Source: the human T2T-CHM13v2.0 reference genome, Homo sapiens. Taken from it: a stretch of 64,000 nucleotides of DNA. Under the pieces are notes generated by a model that searched no databases, was not told the origin of the DNA, and worked only from the letters and a program-made list of their open reading frames with translations. Below are positions 55,543 through 64,000 of the stretch, piece by piece. The position numbers and the translations under genes are program-made. Each line of letters begins with the position of its first letter. The first letter of the stretch is position 1. The DNA lies in the NCBI RefSeq assembly GCF_009914755.1, contig NC_060934.1. One strand, written 5' to 3'.

Positions 55543-57341
55543 AGGAGAAAGAAAGAAAGGGACAGAGACAGAAAGGGAAAGAGATTTATTTTAAATAGTG
55601 AAAAGCTAACTATCTTTGTTTTTCAGGTAATTATGTGTTTATTTGCTCTGCTGCAACAGAAAGTGGCTGAAACTGATTTACATTTAGGACATAAAATTGA
55701 ACACTGAATAAAGATAATAATAGATAAGTTACATACATAAATGCATAGTGACACCCACATTAACATTTAAAAGATGTGATATTTTTGTTATGTCCCTAAA
55801 TCCCTGCGTTATTTAAATGAGGAAAATCACTGATGCTTAGAGTAATTCAGGAGGAAAAGAAAGCATTTTGGTGAAGGGGATAGATGACTGGACTTAGAAG
55901 AGAAATAGTGTATGAGTTCTTTCACTGACTGATTGTGTAAGATTGGCCTGATCTCTTCCCAATTTAAACACTGGGCTTTCTTTTTCCAGGAAAATGAAGC
56001 AGTTGAATTAAGATAAGCCTCAACCCTGTTTTGCCTATGGACACCCTGGATTTATAATTGTGCTAAAAAGTGTGGCCATAGCCAGAAATATGTAATCACA
56101 GTGTTTGAGATGTACTGATTTAGGAGAGGCTTAACAACAATTTGGTGCTGTGGTAGGTTGGTATTCTGTTATTGTTGCTGCTGTTGCTGCTGTCGTTCTG
56201 GGAAAGCAAATATTCTTGCTGATCGTCACTGTTCTGAGGTATGTGCATCAAATAATAGGCAGTTTTCAAGCCTCTTTGACAGGTGCAATTACATGCAACC
56301 AGACTCCCACACGAATAAGCCTGATGAAGTCAGACATCTGTTTTCCTACACATACAGCTCTCAACCCACTAGTACCTCACGATATTCTTTCTTCTAATGG
56401 AGTATGAGAAGTGGTAAGTTCTCAGGAATTTGAATACTTGAATTAATCCACAAACAGCCCAGCCATCTACCATGGCCATAGATGGACACACAGACATGAG
56501 ATGACCCAAAGGAGAAACATATAGTGAGGACAGTGCCAGACCAATGTAACAGCAGGAAGGAACTGCTGGCTTTTAGCTTCAGAATTTACCCTAATAGTGT
56601 AGGTTAACTTCCTGTGCACATCAAAGTCTCGTTTTATCTAGAGTGAGAAGGCTTAAAGCTTTAGATTAAGGCCAAGCAATTTCCACAGTCCTCTTCCAGC
56701 AGCAATGAAGAGGAAGAAGAGAATCCAAAAACACAAATTCCAAGAGATGCTGATCACAACAAGTGGATGAATTAAATAACTGTGAGAAAAAATAAAACCT
56801 GCAGACAGAGCATGAACTGCCTGCTCTTCACACTGAAGGTTGTATCCCTCAGAACTGAAACTCAGTGGCTGCCCTTGTCATGGGCTTATGGCCATTCTCT
56901 TGGAAGAGATGGATAACATGGAAGGATGTCTGGGTGACATTGCTATTTCATAATCCAGGACAATGAGGAACACCAGAGGCCTTGCTAACACAGGAGGCCT
57001 TGTTAACACAAGGGCTGGGCTATGCTTTTGCTAAACATTAATTCCTCCATTTCATAATGATTTTTACTATTTTGAACTGAATTGAATATAAAGATTGCTT
57101 TTTCACTGTAACTGAGTTATACCCTGTTGATATATATCTATTGATAAATTACATGCAATCACATCCTCCCCAATGCCTAATTAATAAATTCATCCTTTGA
57201 TAGGTTTGGTTTTATAAGTTGAAGGTCACAAAATGGAAATTTACTTCTTCTCTTTCTTTCTCTCCTAATCAAAATATTGGCTGTAACAGTATTTACTATC
57301 ATATAACAAATTACATTGACTATGTGCTATATCACCTGATT

Positions 57342-57600
57342 ACTTATTTATTTATTTATTTTATTTTTTTGAGACGGAGTCTCGCTCTGTCACCCAGGCT
57401 GGAATGCAGTGGCGCAATCTGAACTCACTGCAACCTCTGCCTCCTGGGTTCAAATGATTTCCGACTAATTTTTGTATTTTTAGTAGAGATGGGGTTTCAT
57501 CATGTTGGCCACACTGGTCTCGAGCTCCTGACCTCAAGTGATCTGCCTGCCTTGGCCTCCCAAAGCACTAGGATTACAGGCGTAAGCCACCGTGCCTGGC
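57342..57600 (-). mobile_element. AluS with a ~50-bp internal deletion
   Basis: GGTTCAAATGATTTCC joins directly to GACTAATTTTTGTATTTTTAG, skipping CTGCCTCAGCC...CCACCACGCC. Confidence 0.9.
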
Positions 57601-58625
57601 TTCAACTAATAATTTCTATTTAAAGACTGTATAAGAGATAATTCTTTATAAATGGAAGATTAACAAGAGATTTCTATGTAAATCTTCCATAGTACATGCC
57701 CCTTAGAGCATGATTTTAATATATTTATTTATTCAATACATTTATGCACTTTCAGGTACTATGGTAGGTGTAAGGTAGGCAATACTGAACAGAGCTGATA
57801 TATACCCCCGTCATTATGACATACACAGATCAACACAGAAATGAATATATAATTTTCATTTTGGCTACATGTGTAATTTTCCTGTGATACTCAATATTAC
57901 TGGACACTTATTTCAGTGCCTTCTAGTTGTCAGGCATTAAGTAAACAAAAGTAATAAAACTCAGACCAGCATTCAAGAGCCTTAAGCCCCAACTGGAGAT
58001 AGATCCACATTTACATTGTTCGAAAAATAGTGGAATTAAATGAAACTGAAAAATAAAATTGAAGACAGTGCCTAAAATTGTTGGTGTATTTATTTCTGGG
58101 AGTCTGGGCTACTACTTTATCTTCCTTCTAGCCTATCACATATTCCGTATTTTATATATTCTACATTTTGCAATAGAAATATAAGAGTTTGTTTATAATC
58201 TATGAATGTATAATAGCACCAATAAATGGTGAAGATAGTAAGTAATGCATTACATCAATTAAGGGAAAGAGTCAAGGGCTGGAGTGTAATGGTAGAAGTA
58301 ATGTACAAGTTAGCAAAAATGATACCTAGTTGGTAAAAGTCAAGTTGACACATCTAGATAGAATAGTATAATCAATAAAGTAGAGGGAAGGAAGTCATAT
58401 TCCAACTATTGAATTTAGCATGTGGAAAGGACCTGAGACTAGAACTTTAATGGTAGGATCTAGAATGCCTTCAGTAAGAGTTTCGAGTTAATATAAATGC
58501 TACATTGGAGATGAGGCTGGAAAAGTGGATTGCGGCTACCTTGTGGAGGGCCCACAAAATCCACGGTCATTTAAATAGTGGAGAATAATTTAGGATTTGA
58601 GGAAGATGGTTTTAATTAGTATTTA

Positions 58626-58751
58626 TTTAATATTTTTTTTCTTTTTATTGAAATCAGATCTTGCTGTGTTGACCAGGCTGGTCTGAAACTTCTGGCCTCA
58701 AGAGATCTCTTCTCTGCTAGGATTATACAAGTGAGCCACTGTGCCTGGCTC
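58626..58751 (-). mobile_element. Alu left monomer (FLAM-like)
   Basis: TCTTGCTGTGTTGACCAGGCTGGTCT...GTGAGCCACTGTGCCTGGC; 12-bp TSD AATTAGTATTTA (58614-58625 / 58752-58763). Confidence 0.85.
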
Positions 58752-58778
58752 AATTAGTATTTACTTAGATGATCCAAG

Positions 58779-59532
58779 TGTTACCAGTTGTCCTTGTTCT
58801 TGCTCCTAAGATGGTGGTGGGCTGCTTCCTAGGTGGCAGCAAGCCTCTTGTTCTCTGACCTGGGGTTCTTGGCCTCAGGGATTCCAAAGAATGGAATCTT
58901 GGGCCACACAGTGAGTGTTATAGCTCTATTAGAAGCTGTGGGTCACAAAGAGAACCGTGGAACCCAGCAACTAGTGTTCAGCTCGATTAGGGCAAACTCG
59001 GGCACTTAGCCGTGCAGGAACAATGGTGAGCCTTTAGCCCTATCGGGAGCGGCAATGGGTGCCTTGCTGGATCAGGAGCGCAGTGGACACCCTGCCAGAT
59101 CCAGAGGGGCGGAAGTCAGCGGCGGGTCTGTGACGGCAGCAAATAGCAGTGGTGGACGGCGAGCGAAAGCTCAGCTCAAGTCGTAACAAACATGGACCAG
59201 AAGAGAGTGCAGTTGCAAGATTTAATAGAGTGAAAACAGAGCTCCCATACAATGGGAGGGGACCCAAAGGGGGTTTCCGTTGCAGCTAGAATGCCTGGGT
59301 TTATATCCCGATCATTGTCCCTCCCCCTGTGCTCTCAGGCGACAGATGATTGGCTCTTTCTTTACCTCCTGTTTGTGCCTAATTAGCATTTTAGTGAGCT
59401 CTCTTTACTACCTGACTGGTCAGGTGTGAGTTAAGTTGCAAACCCCGTGTTTAAAGGTGGATGCAGTCGTCTTCCCAGCTAGGCTTAGGGATTCTTAGTC
59501 AGCCTAGGAAATCCAGCTAGTCCTGTCTCTCA
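58779..59532 (-). mobile_element. LTR17 (HERV-W/HERV17) solo LTR, full length (~754 bp)
   Basis: Minus-strand start TGAGAGACAGGACTAGCTGGATTTCCTAGGCTGACTAAGAATCCCTAAGCCTAGCTGGGAAG; end ...AGAACCCCAGGTCAGAGAAC...GGTAACA; TSD CAAG/CTAG (1 mismatch). Confidence 0.95.
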
Positions 59533-61723
59533 CTAGCAATAAAGAATAAAATGGGTTGGAAATGTGAGGTGAGCAGAGTTTAGGCACAGCCATTGACTAC
59601 TATAAGATGGTTTAGTTGCTCTGACTTCAAGTGAGGACTCTGAATAGTGAAGTAGAACTAATATTGAAAAGGAAGAAATAGATGAACAGTTGTGATTCAG
59701 AAATAACTGATAAGACTTACTAACTACTTATGTTTGTTGGTAATGTGATAAGAAACAGTCAAGGATGACTCCAATGCATTGAAACTTGAGTGGCAGGTGC
59801 AGTGTCATAGTGCAGAGAGAAAAGATAAATTTGGAGGATTAGGCAAGTTAGAAGAAACAAGATGAGTTCATTTTTGCTGTATGTAGTATGAATCTACAAC
59901 AGTGTTGCCCAGGGATGTGGTACCTTGGCACACAGGCAACAAGTGAAGGTCATATATTTAGCTTTCAAAAATATATAATCAGGTAGGTGGTAATTTGATT
60001 AAGCTCTTTTATATTTTATGGCAACCTTCATCTTTGTATTCCACAGCCTATTATCTTGAATCATTTTAGAAATATAATAAATGATTGCCTAGTGAAAAAA
60101 AAAAAACTGAACAGATGACTGAAATCTCCAAGGAAGCATGTGTAGACTTTCATGAGAAGAAAACTGAAAATTGATTTTTGGTGGAGGTATGTATTTGAGG
60201 AGTAGGGACCAATTCAAAACACTGGAAGGAGTATATCAAAAGATGATAGGGGAGTAAAGAGAGGGTAGTGCCAAGGAAGCTGAGGGAGTAAGGAATCCTA
60301 AGGAAGAAAAAGTGGAAAATAAATTAGAACTCTGCACGTATCAGAAAGAAAGGGAGTAGAAAATAGACCGTAGCCTTTGGTCTAAAGGGGGCTTTTGTGG
60401 CCAAGTAAAGAGCTAGTGATTTTAATGAGAGAGAGTGGAAGCTAGATTCCAAAGGAATGGAGAATAGGAAAGCTCTGAGTATGCAAGGACAGCCAGCAAG
60501 ATCTCCCAATTCGGAAGTCCTGGGGTAAAAGAAAAATGAGATGGTAATGATGGTAGCTCCAAACAGTATGAGAATTGCAGGAAAATGTTTATGAAATTAG
60601 AGGAGCTTTCAGCCTTTCAGCAGAAAGAAAGCAAGATAGTTCTTTTTAAGACACCCTTTTTCATTGTTGAATTTATTTAAAACTATTGCTTTTTTCCTTA
60701 TTATGCTATATAATTCATTACATTTTCAGCAGTAGTTATTAAAGAAATCAGTTTTAAGGACATGTTGGGATGTGCACTAACTTACTTTCTGCTAACTCTT
60801 CTGCTGACGCTGTAATCTGCTTGAAACTAATTCAATCTAATTCCGTAGAATGGATTATACTAGAAGAAGATAAATTGATTTTTTAAAGAAAAAGAAAGAC
60901 CTGGAAAAGTGAATGGCAAACACATTTTTTTTTCACTCAGCAATATCCGGTTAGCTGTAACTGATGTTTGTTATTGCAATAGATCTTGAAATCCTGACTT
61001 AAAAACTTTAATGGGATTAGTGGATCAGTGAGTGTTATTTAAGGTTTTGCCTCATTTACTGTGATTTAGGAAGCAAGATGTACAACAGACAAATCCTAGG
61101 CACTTTATGAATGGTGCTGCCACCTAAGGCATACAGCTAGCCAATAGTCATAGTGTGATATTTTATAATTTTTCCCTGATATGTGTATTTTGTGTCTATA
61201 TATGTGTGTAATAAAAGTGCTTTGAGGATTGCAAAGCACTTTTAAAAAATGTTTTTACTTTATTTACTATAAATGCTGTACTCTAGATGAGCTACTTGAC
61301 CAAAACTATTGAGCCACTTAGTTGATGATCAGATTTTTTTTCAGTAAATAAAGCTCTCTGAATTAATTAATCAAAGAATGTCACAGAAGAACATTCATGG
61401 CAATTTTTGTTTTAAACCTGAGGTTCGCAAGAAAGGCTATCAAACCATGAAGCAATCTTTGAAATAGTAACAATAATTATAATATAAAATATGTTGTAAC
61501 AGTTTTTAATTTTAAAATAATGTATTCATTATATGTTTACATGTTTTATACTCATGTCTACAAAATGAAAATGAAGCTTTAATGGATAAAAAGCCTTACT
61601 AAGCTTGGGCGAAACATCAAGGAAACATAGAATAGCACTAATCACTTATCTGAACTATGCACCTTTATACACATCACACATTTAGCAAATAGTCCTTTCT
61701 AAGGAGGCAAAATCAACGCTGTT

Positions 61724-62053
61724 TTTTTTGTTTGTTCGTTTGTCATTGTTGTTGTTTTTGGAGACAGAGTCTTGCTCTGTCACGCAGGAGTGCAGTGTGC
61801 AGTGGCGTGATCTTGGCTCTCTGCAACCTCCAGTTCCCGCATTCAAGTGATTCTAGTCCCTCAGCCCCAAGTAGCTGGGATTACAGGGATGCACTACCAC
61901 ACTAGGCTAATTTTTTGTACTTTGAGTAGAGACCGAATTTTGCTATGTTGGCCAGGCTGGTCTCAACTGATCTCAACTCCTGGCCTCAAATGATCTGCCC
62001 TCCTCAGCCTCCCAAAATGCTGGGATTACAGGAATGAGCCACACCATCAGGCC
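61724..62053 (-). mobile_element. AluJb/Sz-like, diverged, with short slippage duplications
   Basis: Reverse Alu; TSD CAACGCTGTT / CAATGCTGTT; GTGCAGT and TCTCAACT duplicated. Confidence 0.9.
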
Positions 62054-62554
62054 CAATGCTGTTATTTTATTGGCTTTTCTTCATCTGCAAAAGTGTGAAG
62101 AAGAAATTAAAATGAGTAAAGGGATGCAGGAAAAGTCTTCCCAAACTGAAAAATAAAGTCAGTTCTTATACAACATTTACCAATGGCTACAACTTGTCTA
62201 CATTTTTATTAGGCACACTCTTCAAAATGGTGACTCGAACTGTTGAAAGCAACAATCATACAATAGCTATCATTCTGACAGTATGGAAATCAGTTTGAAA
62301 TTTCTGTAAAACATTACACTTACATGTCATATTTGTGTGACAAACCTCTGTTAAATGCTTGCAAGTTTGTAGAATGGTTTATCCACACTATCACATTTAA
62401 CATTGATTCTGTGAGAGGGGGCTTATTTTGACCATTTCCAGACAGGAAGCAGGTACTGAGAGGTGTCAGAAGTGGTAAAACCTGAATTTTCCATTCAGGC
62501 TTACTGTCTCCCAGGCAAGGGTTCTCAAAAAGCATCTTTGTGTGGGGGTATGAA

Positions 62555-62750
62555 AGAGATTAGAGATCATACGGATATAAATTCAAGTCTTAATTCCAAC
62601 ACCTGACAGGTAACTTTGCAAGCTTTGCTACAAGTATTGTTAAGCTCTCTGAACGTTCTTTGCTGTAAGGTTCTTGTGAGGCTTAAATGAGATAATGTTT
62701 ATGAAAGCACCTTGTAAGTATTAATTTTCTATCAAAATGTTAACAGTTGT
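62555..62750 (+). mobile_element. MIR
   Basis: TAAGCTCTCTGAAC...GGTTCTTGTGAGGCTTAAATGAGATAATGTTTATGAAAGCAC. Confidence 0.75.
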
Positions 62751-63404
62751 GATGTATTTGCCAAAAGAAAGCTGTACTGATATTTGGAATGGACTTGTGG
62801 GAATGATTTTAATGGGAAATAAATTGCCTGTGAAACAGTCCCAATCACGAATGCAAATCCTGCTGGCAAATGTGGCAGAGCCTGGAAAAGACACATTCAG
62901 ATATTGTCTCCTTATCCCTCTAATGTCTCTGTGACTAAGGGAGTGTAGCAGCTGCTGCTATTACTATCACTGTCATAATCGTTATTTTTAAACTATTGAT
63001 GGAAAACCCAAGAACAGGAAAGTGTGATGTGCATCTGTCTGTGGTGTGTTTGAAGAGTGTTTACGTGTCTGTGTAAGTTTTAACTCAATGCCCCTAGTAC
63101 ATAGAAAACACTCAACAAATTGTGCTACTATTGCTGCTACTGTTTTTATGCTATTTTATTCAAGAAAGCAAGTTTTAGCATCTGTTATTCAGAGATAATC
63201 TCCAGGTATAAGTAGATTCCTTGGATATCAAGAGACCACAAGGAGAAGTATTTGATTTAATTTGGCAATGGGGATTCATTTGAATAGGTAGAATTAATAA
63301 TGAGTAACGTGATAAAGAGAAAATAACAGTTTTAAAATATTAAATGCAATTTTTGAAGCTGGAAAATTTAGTTGACTATGAGTTGTAAGACTGGGAGTTT
63401 TCAG

Positions 63405-63660
63405 AGTAGCAATAATAATCAGAAGAATTAACATTAGTTGAGCCCTTATGTTACGCACCAGACATTATGGATGTTTTTTGTTTGTATAATCTCATTGGAA
63501 TCTTGCAAAACCCCCATAAAGTTGGCATCACTTAGATTCTTTGATGAAGAAACCACGCACATGGATAGCAAATGGCTGAGTCTGGCTATGAATGCAGGTA
63601 ATTTCACTCCAAATTGGTGTTATTACAACACTATGCTATTCCCTCTCCCAAAATACTATT
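63405..63660 (-). mobile_element. MIR
   Basis: TAACATTAGTTGAGCCCTTA...CCAGACA...TCTCATTGGAATCTTGCAAAACCCC...GATGAAGAAAC. Confidence 0.65.
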
Positions 63661-64000
63661 GAAGTTTATAGTGAATTAATGTGACCATGGTGTACAGGAA
63701 AGGAGACTTAAGGGGTCCTGTTCTGCACTTTGGTTGTCAAATCACTAGAGGCCAGGGCAAGCAATGAAAGTTACAAATAAATGTTGCCCTGGTGTAAGAC
63801 AATCAGGATGATGAAGACACTTGAGTCCATGTTACATGAGAGCATTTGAAATCATACTTATATAGTCCAATAATATAAATGAGTCATCTTCAATTATTTA
63901 TAGGGCCATCAGATGGAAAAGAAATTGGGAATACATTCTTAAGGGATACTTTTAGGATTATTGGGTGAAAGTTACATGGAGATATCAGCTCTCTCAACAT

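Larger units (their letters stand above)
57715..60600 (-). mobile_element. Fragmented L2 relics (interrupted by an Alu monomer and LTR17)
   Basis: TTTATTCAATACATTTAT...; GAGATGAGGCTGGAAA; AGTCAAGGATGACTCC; GATGAGTTCATTTTTG are reverse L2 motifs. Confidence 0.55.

Overview
This window is primate (hominoid, most likely human) non-coding genomic DNA. It is AT-rich and roughly half is recognisable transposable-element sequence. I find no protein-coding gene, RNA gene or CRISPR array; the ORF-track entries are Alu-, L1- or LTR-derived or look like chance ORFs. Main contents: the 5' ~1.08 kb of a young L1PA2-like LINE-1 on the minus strand (ORF1 frameshifted, ORF0 truncated, YY1 site mutated, antisense promoter facing into the window); about 19 Alus or Alu fragments; intact solo LTRs of LTR12C/E (ERV9), LTR17 (HERV-W), and MER41B nested in an LTR8-like LTR; older ERVL/MaLR LTRs (MER68, MER74-like, MER21 x2, LTR16, MST, MLT1); a near full-length ancient L1MC fossil; DNA-transposon MITEs (MER44, MER46C, MER20, MER94, MER5); and MIR/L2 relics. 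The most interesting observations are an exact 34-bp locally templated Alu-derived insertion in a MER20 end, a 79-bp tandem duplication inside an AluY, two plus-strand TE promoters upstream of a well-formed non-coding exon (20642-20773), and two intact tandem STAT/GAS motifs in MER41B. I cannot support a wholly new biological system here. Subfamily names come from recalled consensus sequences and need RepeatMasker/Dfam confirmation.
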